The notes under the pieces were generated by a model. That model was not told where the DNA came from. It made no database searches and worked only from the letters and a program-made list of their open reading frames with translations. A stretch of DNA of 64,000 bases from Verrucomicrobiales bacterium (lineage in GTDB: Bacteria; Verrucomicrobiota; Verrucomicrobiia; Verrucomicrobiales; V1-33), in NCBI GenBank assembly GCA_031411295.1, contig JANOAV010000187.1, positions 32,001 to 96,000 of the forward strand, given 5' to 3'. Position numbers and translations under genes: made by a program. Each line of letters starts with the position of its first letter. Positions within the stretch are counted from its first letter, which is position 1. Shown piece by piece: positions 18,274-28,940 of this stretch.

Positions 18274-21200
18274 ATGAAGCATCGTTTTTTTACCGCACTT
18301 ATTCAGACCTCATTCCTGATTGGAGCAGGCAGTGCTATGGCCATAGTCGGCACGCCCCCCTCCATCAATGAAGTCGATCCCACCGCTGCGACGAGAGATT
18401 TCGAGGACGCGGAATTCGTTGAACTGAAAACCGTCAATCCAGGGCAACCGCTTGATGGATATGTGCTTTCTCTGTTCGAGGATTCCAATCAACCTTCCCG
18501 CTTTTCCAAACCGCTGACTGGCTTAAAGAGCGATTCCAATGGCTTCTTCGTCGTCGGCAATAAAGGGGTTCCTGGGGTCGATTTGGTGCTGGGAGAAGAC
18601 AAGGATTTGGCCTATGGCTACATCTGCCCACTCGCAGGAGCTACCAGGCCGACCCGGCAGGGCTTCCCCTCGGTGATTCGATATACCCCGACCATCGTCG
18701 CACTGTCCCAGGGTGCCACTTCTTTGCTGGGGCAGACCTTTGCGAGTGCCACCCCTCTGGTGGAGGCCTTCGGTGTGCACAATGCGACCTTTCCGTCGGG
18801 CACGCCATTAAGTTCCGTAAGCTACTTCGATGAAGGAGCGGTGGGGTCTGTCCCGATTAGGCAATCATTAGCTCGCAGTGGCGCGGCTTTGATCGGAGCG
18901 GCCCCCAGCCCTGATGCCTTGAACAGCGGATTGGGAGTGACCCAGGCTTTGAGTTTTCTTGGCTTCTCCACCTCAACCACTTCCTTTGGCCCGATTGGGT
19001 TTACGGATCAGATCACACAAGAAGACGTGGGCTTTCGCGAGGTGGATCTTCGGCTAAAAGACCAGTTTGATAATGAGGTGTCGGCTTCCGCGCCAATCGC
19101 GCTGCTGCTGCGTTCCTCCGATACCTCAGAGGCATGGCTCTCGATTCCTGGGGTGAACGACAATGTTGCCAGGGATGCAGTAATCTCGGCCACGTTACAG
19201 CCCGCCCCAGGAGGAACTTCGCACCTCAAGGTCAGAGTTAACGTGGTGAATGATAACCACCGGGATGGCGATCAAAAGATCTACATTCAAGCGACTCCCG
19301 TGGGGAATCCTGCAGCCTACATCACGCGGGAACTTACGGTCGGAGATGTTCAGGCCGGGTCAGTGGGGAATCTCATCATCAGCGAAGTCAATGCACGGGA
19401 TACGATTGATGCCAATGGCGACGGGTCAATCAATGCTAGTGATGAGTTCATTGAAGTGCTCAATCGGGGGGCAACCTCCGCTGACCTGAGCGGCTATAAA
19501 TTGCTGGCTCAGAATAATGTCGTTTTCACCTTCCCGCCCTGTAGCATTCTGGTTCCGGGGGCATCAGCAGTGGTGTTCGGCGGTGGGGTAATCAACGGGA
19601 TTGGAACAAATCCTGGCAAATCCTATAACTGCGCATTGGCGCTGACCGATGGCTCTCTGGGCTTGGATGACTCTTACGAAGTTGTGCGTTTGGTGAATGC
19701 TGCGAATGTCGAAGTAGATGACTTTGACTACCATCCCTATGGTCCTGGCTCAAATGTTCGGATTAATGATATTGAAACGACAAGCACCTCCTCAGACCCA
19801 AGCTTGTTTAACTCCGTGATTCCGCGGACCGGTGATCACACGGCCCAAGCTGGCAGCATTGCCCGTGCTACCCCTGGGGTTCAGGTGAACGGTAGCGCCT
19901 ATGCTCCGAATACGTTTAGCGTTACGATGACGACGACACCAGCCACGAGCCCAGCTTGTGTCTCGGAATTATCCAAGCCACTGGCGGATGGCTCCACGCC
20001 GGAGCTTGCTACGTTCACCGTTACTCGCGTGGGTTCTTTGGTTGGGCCGTTGGATGTTACCATTTCCAGTGCCTTGTTCGCTGGCTTGGCTCCGAAGGGA
20101 GTAGAGCCCAAGGATCTGACGCTCCACTTCAATGACTGCCAGGCCACTAGGACCACGACGGTGCTAGTAACTCGGGATGCTGTGGTAAGTGATAAAACCG
20201 TGCGCTTCAGTGCTGCGCAGACTTGCTATGTTACTGAGTCGGCTAACTTGGGAATCAAAGATTCTGGCCTCACGTTGGCCTTTGTTGATCCTCTTGCAGG
20301 TGACAAAGTTACCACTACCACCACTCCTTTTTCTGTGGTGGCGGGTTCCCAGATTGGGGTGGCGCAGTTGAAAATCTCCCGTGAGTCCGCCGCAGGACTC
20401 TTCAAGGCGAAGGTGTTCGTCCGTAAGAATGGCGTAGGAACTCCGCAATGGGATGAGGATGCCGCCAAAGTTACTTTGAGCAGCAAGGATGGCGCGGCGG
20501 TGCTCAGCCCATCTCAGGTGGCCCCAACGACTGGTAGCGAATACAATTTGGTGATGAATGGCGTGCAGGATGTAGTGCTGGATGTGGTCGTCCCCGTTGG
20601 AATCTCTGCGGCGGATCTGGTGATCGACGTGGCTGAGAGTGCGGTGGATACAGCCCCTACTCCTTCTGAGGAGTGTGATTCAAGCACCGCCTATTTGAAA
20701 ATCCTCGACAACCCAGCGCCAGTTGGCCTCAATGGACCTGTGATCAATGAAATCGATGCCGTCGGTGTGACCTGCAAGGACAACACGGATTATGTCGAAA
20801 TCAAGGTGCCAGGAGCCGCAGCTAGTGTGAATTTAACAGGCTGGTCTCTGGTCTTCTTTAATGCGGGCGGCATCAGCACGGACTCCGTTGCCTTAACGGC
20901 AACGGATGCGGCCGGTTATTTGGTGATCGGTGGCGAAGGGGTGCGGAATGGCGCACCTTCTGCGGCGGGTTGGATCAACCGAGGCCCGGTTGGTATTGCC
21001 GATGGGCCTGCGGCGGTGGCACTCTACAAGGTGGCGAGTTTCCCGCTGGGCACTCCTGCTACGCGTGATTCACTTTACGATTCGGTTATCTACAACACTA
21101 CGTTGTCAGGATCTATCGGTGTCAATGTAGCTGAAGGCCTGAGTTTCAAAACGTTTACGACACCAGTGGCTGGCATCTACTCTAGTTCGGTGGAGGCTGC

Positions 21201-24200
21201 GGTTACCGCGGAACGCCCGGGTGCTACCGCTAACGATCCTTCCAAACTTTGCCTCAGCTTCTCCCGCAGCGGAGCAGATGCGGCGGACACGTCCGTGCTC
21301 CGTCAATGGTCCACGGCTAACGCCAAGGCTCCGACGCCGAACGCGGAAAATCAATCTGGTGTTCCCGTCGATCTGAGCAGCGTCCCCCAAGTGGTTCGCA
21401 TCAACGAGGTCAATGCTACCGGCACCGAGTTTATCGAAGTGGTGAATAGTGGGGCAGCACGAGTCTCCCTGGATGGATATACCATCCGTGCCTGTGGTCG
21501 TCTGCTTTACACCTTCCGCACTGGCACTTGCCTTGAGCCAGGTGCTGCCGCAGTGGTCTTCGGCAATGATGTCATCACGGTAAACGAAGGGATTGGCCAA
21601 AATCCAACGATCAACGCCAATCTGCGATGTGCGATGGCGCTCAACGCTGGCAAGGCGTTGCAACTGGATGATGCCTATGAGTTGGTAGAATTGTTCAACA
21701 ACGTTGGCACCAAGCTCGGTTGCTTCACTGTGTTCCCACGTGGCGGGATCAGCGCCAACTCGCTCACGAATGGTGCACTTCCGATTATCGGGCTCGCGGC
21801 TACCCCAGGGGGCACGAATGCGAATAGCCAGTTTGCTGCTAATGTTCTTGCCACCAGCATTTCACCCACCTGCGCGTCGGAACTTTCCAAGCCTCTACCA
21901 GATGGCACAACACCCGAAAACGTTACCATTACCGTTAGCCGGTGCTCCACCATCGGGAGCCTCCAAGTGGATTTGGCAAGCTTGCTGCCGAGCCGGGCGG
22001 TTCCTTTTCCTGCGGTGCTGAATTTCACTGACGGTGTCGCATCTCTGACTACGAAGGTCAAAGTCTTCCGTGATGCGGTCACTGCCAATAGCAATGTCCA
22101 ATTCAACATCACAAATGCATGTTATACGGCAGATCCCGTTTCCCTGACCACGGTGGATAGTGGCCTGATCCTTACCTACGAAGACCCATTACTCGCAGGC
22201 ACCGCCAACAGCTTTAGTGTGGTGGCGGGATCCGGCACAGGCGTGACTCGGTTGAATGTGACGCGCCAGGATGGTCCGGCGGGGACGTTTAAGGCCAATG
22301 TTTATGTGCGAAATAACACGGCCCCATTTGCCATAAATGCCACTGCCGTTGACCTTGATGGCACTGGCTTGGTTCCTGGAGTTGAGCCTGGGCACTATGT
22401 GCTCACAATGACGGGCACCAGTTCGGTTGGGTTGAACATCGTCGCCAGACCAAATGCTGCGAACTCCAATCTCTTTATCGACGTAGCCGAAAGCTTTGGT
22501 GATTCCGCTCCGACGCCTGCTGAAGAGTGCGATTCTGGCACTGCTAGCCTGACTGTGCTTGCGAACTCGTTGGCAGCAGCCAACGCACCGAATGCCAGCC
22601 CAGCGATCAATGAGTTGGACGCACTGGGGGTTATCGGAAAGCCGAACACCGACTTCATCGAAATTAAAACTCAGCCCAACGCCAACCTTGCGGGATGGAC
22701 GCTGGTCTTCTTTGACGGCAATGGCAATGCCACGGCATCGGTTCCATTGGGTGCGGCCAATGCGGGAGGATACGTTACAGTAGGCATGGGTGCTCCGAGC
22801 ATTCCGGATGGTCCGGCGGCGGCTGGGCTCTACTTTGGCCCCGCTCCTAGCGTTGGATCTCCCGCTACGCGGAACAATCTGTATGATTCGGTGATCTGGA
22901 ATGCCACGGGCAGTGGTGGCTTCGGTCCCAACGTCTCCAAGGCATTGCGCGACGACGCAGTGGATCAGCCAGTGATTTTCGAAGCCAATGGGAAATGTTT
23001 CAGCGTTTCGGCGCTCGCCCCCAATGCGACTATTGCAACGTTGCGCGGCTGGACTCCTGGCACCACTACGACGCACGGGCCAACTCCGGGTTCAGATAAC
23101 ACCACGGGCACGCTGTTGGATTTGAGCACCGCACCCGGTGTGGTCCGCATTAATGAAGTGCATGCGTTAAACGAGGAATTCATTGAGGTGGTAAATACTG
23201 GCGCGACGGCGGTCGATCTCACTGGATTTGCCCTCAAGGCATGTGGACGGCCCATCCCGCTTTACACGTTCCGGCCAGGTTCCATCTTGGTTCCGGGCGC
23301 TGCTGCGGTGGTCTATGGAAATGCCGCCGTGAATGAAGGGATCGGTCAGAATCCAGCACTGAGCAACAACCACCGTTGCGCTTTAGTGCTCAAGGCGGCC
23401 GCTCCATTCTTGCTGGATGATACCTATGATCTGGTCCAATTGTTTGATGCTGGTAACGTGGAAATCGGCTGCTTCAGCGTTTTCCCAAGACCAGGTGGGG
23501 CCTCCAACACCCTCGCGAATGGTGCCTTGCCAGTCATCGGGCTCAATCCTACTCCTGGGGCGACCAATGCGGATGCGCAATTTGCACCGAATACTTTTAC
23601 TAGTGTGTTGAGCAAAAGCTGCGTGTCCGAACTTTCCAAGGAACTGCCTACGCTGACGGTAACCCGGGTGGGTCCAACGATTGGCAATCTGACGTTGAAC
23701 ATTGCCAGCCCTGCGGGTGTCGCCTCCCTGCCAGCCACCGTGAATTTCGGGGATGGTGAGAGCACGAAGACCGTGTCGCTGGCATTAGCGCGCAACATCA
23801 CGACCGACGGAGACCGTGCGGTCAATTTCGCTGCGACAGCCGTTTGCTACGTCAATCCCGCCCCGATCCCACTCACGATCAAAGATACCGGCCTAACGGC
23901 GGCCTACGTTGATCCGCTCCTACCTGCTTCGGACACGCTCAGTGTGGTGGCCACCGCCGGGCCTGGCGTTTGCCAACTAAATGTCAGCCGCGCTCCTGGA
24001 GCAACGGGCACATTACAGGCCAAACTGATCGTGCGTAACCAGGCTGGATTGGCCGAGAACCCCAACTTGTTCACGCTGACCGGGGCCACGGCCATCACCG
24101 ATAGCGAATATACTTTCTCGATTACCGGTGCCGGGCCAGTGACCTTGGGCGTGACGCCAAAAGTGGGTGCCGCTACAACGGACGTGTTCTTGGATATCTA

Positions 24201-25149
24201 CGAATCCGCCACCGCGGCGGCCCCGACCGTTGCCGAGGAATGCATTTCCGCTACCGCCAAGCTGCATGTGATCGCCAATTCCCTGGCCAATGGGCCGCTC
24301 TTTTCTGAAGTCGATCCGCTGGCGCGCCCCACGCAGGAGTTCTTTGAAATTCTCGTTCCAGGGGCATCTGCTCCGGTGGACCTCTCCGCTTGGAAAGTAG
24401 TCATGTTTAATGCCTCAGGAACCGTCCTCGGGAGTGTGCAGACGTTAACGACGACGGATGCTAACGGTCGGCTTGTGGTTGGGAATACGGGGGTGCGCCC
24501 TGGCTTCCCTGCCAGCAACGGGTGGCAGCCCGTGACGGGCGCTTGGCCCAGCAGCGTCAATGGATTTGGCCTTTACCGGGAATTTAGTGGCACCAAGGCC
24601 ACCCGCTCCGCGTTGCAGGATTCTTCGATCGGAGATGGTTCGTTAGTAGTGGCCCTTGCTACAACAGTTAGTCAAGAAGGTAGCCCGGACGCTAACTGCT
24701 ACAGCATTACCCGCTCAGGATCTCTGACCAATGCCAACCTGCGGATCTGGCCAGCTGGCGCCCCAACCACGGTGCCTTCTCCTGGATTCGACAATAACCT
24801 TTCCACTGGCGGCTACAAGGCTTGGGTCTTCACCCAAGGACAGGATCCGGCCGTTGTCGGGGACACCCTGCTCCTGAATTATGCGACTGGCACAGCCGCC
24901 AATTTGGTAGCGCCTCAAGTGAGTATTTCGATGGTCGGGGCGGACGTCCTCCTCAAATACCCCGTTGGCACGGCGGCGGCCTGCGATCTTAAATTGGTGG
25001 TAAGGTTTGAATGCTCCGCGGACATGATGGTATGGACCCCCCAGCCAGCTCCCGCGCCGATCATTTCAGGATTCTGGGAAGAAACCATTCTGGCACCAAA
25101 TATCGGCACCTGTCAATTTTATCGTGCAGGCGTCAGCTTCCTGCCTTAG
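18274..25149 (+). CDS. Giant secreted lamin-tail-domain (LTD) repeat protein with Calx-beta/Ig-like modules
   Basis: Signal peptide. Seven (I/F)(N/S)E...(E/D)(F/Y)xE LTD-type starts, three repeated super-modules, and a C-terminal ECSADMMVW...QFYR segment. Confidence 0.85.
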   Translation: MKHRFFTALIQTSFLIGAGSAMAIVGTPPSINEVDPTAATRDFEDAEFVELKTVNPGQPLDGYVLSLFEDSNQPSRFSKPLTGLKSDSNGFFVVGNKGVPGVDLVLGEDKDLAYGYICPLAGATRPTRQGFPSVIRYTPTIVALSQGATSLLGQTFASATPLVEAFGVHNATFPSGTPLSSVSYFDEGAVGSVPIRQSLARSGAALIGAAPSPDALNSGLGVTQALSFLGFSTSTTSFGPIGFTDQITQEDVGFREVDLRLKDQFDNEVSASAPIALLLRSSDTSEAWLSIPGVNDNVARDAVISATLQPAPGGTSHLKVRVNVVNDNHRDGDQKIYIQATPVGNPAAYITRELTVGDVQAGSVGNLIISEVNARDTIDANGDGSINASDEFIEVLNRGATSADLSGYKLLAQNNVVFTFPPCSILVPGASAVVFGGGVINGIGTNPGKSYNCALALTDGSLGLDDSYEVVRLVNAANVEVDDFDYHPYGPGSNVRINDIETTSTSSDPSLFNSVIPRTGDHTAQAGSIARATPGVQVNGSAYAPNTFSVTMTTTPATSPACVSELSKPLADGSTPELATFTVTRVGSLVGPLDVTISSALFAGLAPKGVEPKDLTLHFNDCQATRTTTVLVTRDAVVSDKTVRFSAAQTCYVTESANLGIKDSGLTLAFVDPLAGDKVTTTTTPFSVVAGSQIGVAQLKISRESAAGLFKAKVFVRKNGVGTPQWDEDAAKVTLSSKDGAAVLSPSQVAPTTGSEYNLVMNGVQDVVLDVVVPVGISAADLVIDVAESAVDTAPTPSEECDSSTAYLKILDNPAPVGLNGPVINEIDAVGVTCKDNTDYVEIKVPGAAASVNLTGWSLVFFNAGGISTDSVALTATDAAGYLVIGGEGVRNGAPSAAGWINRGPVGIADGPAAVALYKVASFPLGTPATRDSLYDSVIYNTTLSGSIGVNVAEGLSFKTFTTPVAGIYSSSVEAAVTAERPGATANDPSKLCLSFSRSGADAADTSVLRQWSTANAKAPTPNAENQSGVPVDLSSVPQVVRINEVNATGTEFIEVVNSGAARVSLDGYTIRACGRLLYTFRTGTCLEPGAAAVVFGNDVITVNEGIGQNPTINANLRCAMALNAGKALQLDDAYELVELFNNVGTKLGCFTVFPRGGISANSLTNGALPIIGLAATPGGTNANSQFAANVLATSISPTCASELSKPLPDGTTPENVTITVSRCSTIGSLQVDLASLLPSRAVPFPAVLNFTDGVASLTTKVKVFRDAVTANSNVQFNITNACYTADPVSLTTVDSGLILTYEDPLLAGTANSFSVVAGSGTGVTRLNVTRQDGPAGTFKANVYVRNNTAPFAINATAVDLDGTGLVPGVEPGHYVLTMTGTSSVGLNIVARPNAANSNLFIDVAESFGDSAPTPAEECDSGTASLTVLANSLAAANAPNASPAINELDALGVIGKPNTDFIEIKTQPNANLAGWTLVFFDGNGNATASVPLGAANAGGYVTVGMGAPSIPDGPAAAGLYFGPAPSVGSPATRNNLYDSVIWNATGSGGFGPNVSKALRDDAVDQPVIFEANGKCFSVSALAPNATIATLRGWTPGTTTTHGPTPGSDNTTGTLLDLSTAPGVVRINEVHALNEEFIEVVNTGATAVDLTGFALKACGRPIPLYTFRPGSILVPGAAAVVYGNAAVNEGIGQNPALSNNHRCALVLKAAAPFLLDDTYDLVQLFDAGNVEIGCFSVFPRPGGASNTLANGALPVIGLNPTPGATNADAQFAPNTFTSVLSKSCVSELSKELPTLTVTRVGPTIGNLTLNIASPAGVASLPATVNFGDGESTKTVSLALARNITTDGDRAVNFAATAVCYVNPAPIPLTIKDTGLTAAYVDPLLPASDTLSVVATAGPGVCQLNVSRAPGATGTLQAKLIVRNQAGLAENPNLFTLTGATAITDSEYTFSITGAGPVTLGVTPKVGAATTDVFLDIYESATAAAPTVAEECISATAKLHVIANSLANGPLFSEVDPLARPTQEFFEILVPGASAPVDLSAWKVVMFNASGTVLGSVQTLTTTDANGRLVVGNTGVRPGFPASNGWQPVTGAWPSSVNGFGLYREFSGTKATRSALQDSSIGDGSLVVALATTVSQEGSPDANCYSITRSGSLTNANLRIWPAGAPTTVPSPGFDNNLSTGGYKAWVFTQGQDPAVVGDTLLLNYATGTAANLVAPQVSISMVGADVLLKYPVGTAAACDLKLVVRFECSADMMVWTPQPAPAPIISGFWEETILAPNIGTCQFYRAGVSFLP

Positions 25150-25160
25150 AATCGAGAACC

Positions 25161-25859
25161 ATGAAAACATCACCACTTGTCCTCACAGCCTTGGCTGTTC
25201 TGTTCGTATCTTGTGATGACTCACAACTGAAAGCCCTCCAGCGGCAGAAGATGGAGGCTGAGGCCAAGGCTACTCAGTTGCAGTTGGATTTGGAGAAAGC
25301 CAAGGAGGAGGTCAAGGCGGCCAACCCGGAAGAGTTGAAGGGGAAAATCAGTGCCTTGGAGGAACAGCTAAAGCAAGCTCAGCAAGCCGTGGCGGCCGCT
25401 GAGTCCGCCCCCAAAGCCATTCCCGAAGCCGAATTGGAGCAGTCATGGGTCAAGGAATTTAACAAGGCGGCGTTTGCTACCCTGTTCGGTGGTCAGGTGC
25501 CCAATGCCAGCACGGACTCCATCGTCATTCCCGATCCGGAAAAGATGTATTCCCGCAAGGTTACCCTGACTTCCGGAGCGATCAGTATTCCGTTTGTCGC
25601 GACGGCGGACGCTACTGGGAAATGGAAAATCCCGGCCCCCGAAGTGGTGGCAGCCGCAAATGCTGCGGCCAAGCCTCCAGGCGCACCACAGGGATTCCAA
25701 CCGCCGCCCAATAACCCACCTCCGGCAGGCGCTCCACCAACCGGGACTCCCACCGCAGGTAATACCCCTCCAGCCGGGAACAAGCCGCCACCGAGTGCGA
25801 TTCCGCCGCCCCAGCAACCAGGTAAGGGGCTGTCCGGAGCTAAGCTGCAGGAATTCTAA
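25161..25859 (+). CDS. Lipoprotein with coiled coil and Pro-rich C-terminus
   Basis: MKTSPLVLTALAVLFVSC lipobox-type signal. ATG is 11 bp after the previous stop. Confidence 0.8.
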   Translation: MKTSPLVLTALAVLFVSCDDSQLKALQRQKMEAEAKATQLQLDLEKAKEEVKAANPEELKGKISALEEQLKQAQQAVAAAESAPKAIPEAELEQSWVKEFNKAAFATLFGGQVPNASTDSIVIPDPEKMYSRKVTLTSGAISIPFVATADATGKWKIPAPEVVAAANAAAKPPGAPQGFQPPPNNPPPAGAPPTGTPTAGNTPPAGNKPPPSAIPPPQQPGKGLSGAKLQEF

Positions 25860-25888
25860 CGTAAATTGCAGAGTGGTTTGTTAATCTA

Positions 25889-28800
25889 ATGAAAGGAACC
25901 CTTTCCTATTTCGACCCGGCCTCCCATGCCTTGGGATCCCAGCCGAGCGTCATCGAGTTACCCAAAGAACCAGTTTCCGTGCCGACTGGGCGGGGGGAGA
26001 TGATCTTCTTTTGGAATCGGGAAATGGCCACGTGGGACGTCATGGCGAAGGGCTGCGAACTGCGCATCGGGGCCACCCTGGTGCAGGAAAATGAACGTTT
26101 CCCGCTGGAAGACCAGCAAGTCATTTCATCCGATGGACGGCCTTGGCGGTTCGAGCGGATTCCTGAGTTGCCCACGGTGGCTGGGAGGGAAACCCTGCTG
26201 ATCCCGCTGGGCAAGGCAGGCGTGGTTCTGGGGCGTCGCTCGGACAACCCTCCTTCCTTGGAAAATCCCGCCCAACTACGGGTGGATCTGGACACCGACG
26301 ATCAACGCATCGCCCGCAGTGGCAACGCCTCCATTGAGCCCACGCCTCATGGTTGGGCGCTGCATCAGATCAAAGGAACCACCGAACTGAACGGGCGGGC
26401 TGATTTTCGTTCCGCCCCTTTGCTCTACGGAGATCGTTTCGTCGTGGGTTGCAATTCCTTTGAATTTCGGGGTGACAGCATTGCGTTAGTGAAAAGTATT
26501 CCCGGGGCTGAAGTCGAGGCGGTCAACGCTGGCCTGCGGGTTGGTGGCGGGAAGTTGATTCTCCAAGGCGTCACCATGCGCGTAGCTCGCGGTGAGTTTA
26601 TCGGCATCATTGGCAAGAGTGGCATGGGCAAGAGCACGTTGATGAATGCGCTCTGCGGTCTGGGGCCAGCCAACATTGGACGGGTCACGATTGATGGAAA
26701 TGTCGTCAATGGGCCGGGTGATCTGACCCGACTTTCCGTGGGGATCGTGCCGCAGGATGACGTGGTGCACCGCGAACTCACGGCTCGCCAAGCGGTGTTG
26801 TATAGCGCCAGACTTCGTTTCAAAATGCCGCGCAAGCATCAGGAAGCACTCACCGAAGGCGTGCTGAAGCGGCTTGGTCTGGCGGAGCATATGGACAAGC
26901 AGATTGGCCGTCGGATGTCCGGCGGTCAGCGGAAACGGGTGGGCATTGCGACGGAATTGCTAGCGCTGCCAGTCATGCTATTTTTGGATGAACCATCCTC
27001 TGGGTTGGATCCTCAGACGGAGATGGAACTCATGGACTTACTCCAGACCATGAGCCGGGTGAACAAACTCACGGTGATCAGCACCACCCACATGTTGGAC
27101 AATGCGGATGCTTTCAACCGGTTGCTGATTATGCATCGGGCCCGGATGGTTTATTTGGGCAACAACGCGGATGCGCGGAAACATTTTTTTGGGCAGACGG
27201 AAGAGGATCTGGCAGCCGGGATGCGCTTGCGTTCCTTGAGCAATATTTACGAAGTGCTTACACCTCGTAAGGAAGGGGACATCGAACTAACCTCCGAGCA
27301 GCGGGATGCAGCGGAAGAGTCACTGGCGATTGATTGGGAAAGAAAATTTTCCGAAACCCGGCGGGACCTTCAGGATGTCGCAGTGCCGCCGCCCACTCCG
27401 CGAGCCGCCGCCCCGCGGCAGGCCCGGCCTGGGCCGCTGAGCATTCTGATCACGTTGATTAGTCGGCAGTGGGCTATTTTCAAATCCTCTCCCCTCAACA
27501 TTTTATTCCTGCTGCTCCAGGCCGTTAGCATTGGTGGACTGATTGGATGGGTCTCGGATGACGGAGGTTTCCGGCTCTTCCTTGGCTTGATCGCCAGTAT
27601 GTGGTTTGGCTGTAGCAATGCGGGCCAACGGATCGTGGCGGAAATGCCCATCTTCCGGCAGGAGCGCATCGCTGGCATGGGGATCCACACCTACATCCAG
27701 AGTAAATTTATCTTCCTCAGTGTGCTGACCAGTCTGCAAACGATGATCCTGTTTTTCTGCATGACCGTGGCTGCGTTCCTCTTCAATCCGACAGATAAGG
27801 TAACCATCGAGCCAGGGGCCGACCCCACGCTGGTCGAGAAAACTCCCTTGGAGAAATTCAGCGAAGCCATGGCTGGTGGGACCGAGACGGCGGGGCGCGA
27901 TGCGAAGACCTTTGAACTGCGCAGTAAATTACTTGAATGGGCTCAAGTCGTTGAGCCTAATGCCGCCCGGCCAGAAATTGTCACCACCACCACCCCGCCG
28001 CCGGGAAATTTAATCCTTCGACTGGCGCAAATGACTGGTTTGGAAAGCAATCTTAAGGGATCGGGTCCGGACTTGGTGTTGGATCATGCCAAAGGCGACA
28101 AAACCCTGCTGGAAACCACCACCGAAGGCACCGACCTGCAGCAACAGGCCTTGGTGAAGCAAATCAAAGCTTTCCGCCTGCCCGGCAAGGCCACCGCCTC
28201 AGAATCCATTGTGGCCGCCACTGAGGCGGACTTGGCAACCTTTGTCGGCAACACTGGGGAGCCCTTGTTTGATGAAGGGATTCCCTGGCAAAAAGTGCTC
28301 ACCACCTGCTTAAGTTTACGCCTGTTGGCGTTATTGGCTGCGGCTATCACTGGCGTTGCCATTGGTCTGGCGATTTCCGCCTGTGTGCAGAATGAGGTGC
28401 AGGCGGTGATGTGGGTTCCCTTGTTCCTCATTCCGCAGATCCTTTTCGGCGGGCACGTGGTTACGGAGCCTGCCATGTCCTGGCCCGTGCGGGCTTTTTG
28501 CAAATTCATCCCCAGTTACTCCGCCGAGAAAATTGCCGAAGTCTCCGAACTCTATGGGTTGCGGGTGCCAGACATGGTGAATCGAACCAAGATCCCCTCA
28601 TTCCTTCATCCTGATGGGGGCACGGAAACAGTGTATGTTCCGCGCCATGATGACAAGGATAAGAAGGTGGATTACGAGCGCTTATCGCCTGTCAACAGTG
28701 CTTGGCAAAATCTCGTGGTTTTTCATTCCAGTGCGGGGATGCACATTCCGCTGGAAGACACCAAGGGGAAAAAGGATTCCGTCGTCATGCGCGCAGACGT

Positions 28801-28936
28801 GTTGTTCAAGAAGGGGGAACTTTATCGTAACATCAATCCAGCCTATCGCGCGTTCTCCGTGCTGGGAGGATGGGTGGTTTTTTGTTACGTAGTGGTTTAT
28901 CTGGCCTTGCGGAAAAAGCAAACCAAGCCCATGTAG
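25889..28936 (+). CDS. FHA-domain ABC transporter ATPase/permease fusion (Rv1747-like architecture)
   Basis: FHA-like segments (VVLGRR...GTTELNG...LLYGDRF), Walker A GKSGMGKST, signature MSGGQ, Walker B LFLDEP, H-loop, and ABC-2-type TM helices. Confidence 0.9.
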   Translation: MKGTLSYFDPASHALGSQPSVIELPKEPVSVPTGRGEMIFFWNREMATWDVMAKGCELRIGATLVQENERFPLEDQQVISSDGRPWRFERIPELPTVAGRETLLIPLGKAGVVLGRRSDNPPSLENPAQLRVDLDTDDQRIARSGNASIEPTPHGWALHQIKGTTELNGRADFRSAPLLYGDRFVVGCNSFEFRGDSIALVKSIPGAEVEAVNAGLRVGGGKLILQGVTMRVARGEFIGIIGKSGMGKSTLMNALCGLGPANIGRVTIDGNVVNGPGDLTRLSVGIVPQDDVVHRELTARQAVLYSARLRFKMPRKHQEALTEGVLKRLGLAEHMDKQIGRRMSGGQRKRVGIATELLALPVMLFLDEPSSGLDPQTEMELMDLLQTMSRVNKLTVISTTHMLDNADAFNRLLIMHRARMVYLGNNADARKHFFGQTEEDLAAGMRLRSLSNIYEVLTPRKEGDIELTSEQRDAAEESLAIDWERKFSETRRDLQDVAVPPPTPRAAAPRQARPGPLSILITLISRQWAIFKSSPLNILFLLLQAVSIGGLIGWVSDDGGFRLFLGLIASMWFGCSNAGQRIVAEMPIFRQERIAGMGIHTYIQSKFIFLSVLTSLQTMILFFCMTVAAFLFNPTDKVTIEPGADPTLVEKTPLEKFSEAMAGGTETAGRDAKTFELRSKLLEWAQVVEPNAARPEIVTTTTPPPGNLILRLAQMTGLESNLKGSGPDLVLDHAKGDKTLLETTTEGTDLQQQALVKQIKAFRLPGKATASESIVAATEADLATFVGNTGEPLFDEGIPWQKVLTTCLSLRLLALLAAAITGVAIGLAISACVQNEVQAVMWVPLFLIPQILFGGHVVTEPAMSWPVRAFCKFIPSYSAEKIAEVSELYGLRVPDMVNRTKIPSFLHPDGGTETVYVPRHDDKDKKVDYERLSPVNSAWQNLVVFHSSAGMHIPLEDTKGKKDSVVMRADVLFKKGELYRNINPAYRAFSVLGGWVVFCYVVVYLALRKKQTKPM

Positions 28937-28940
28937 TCCG

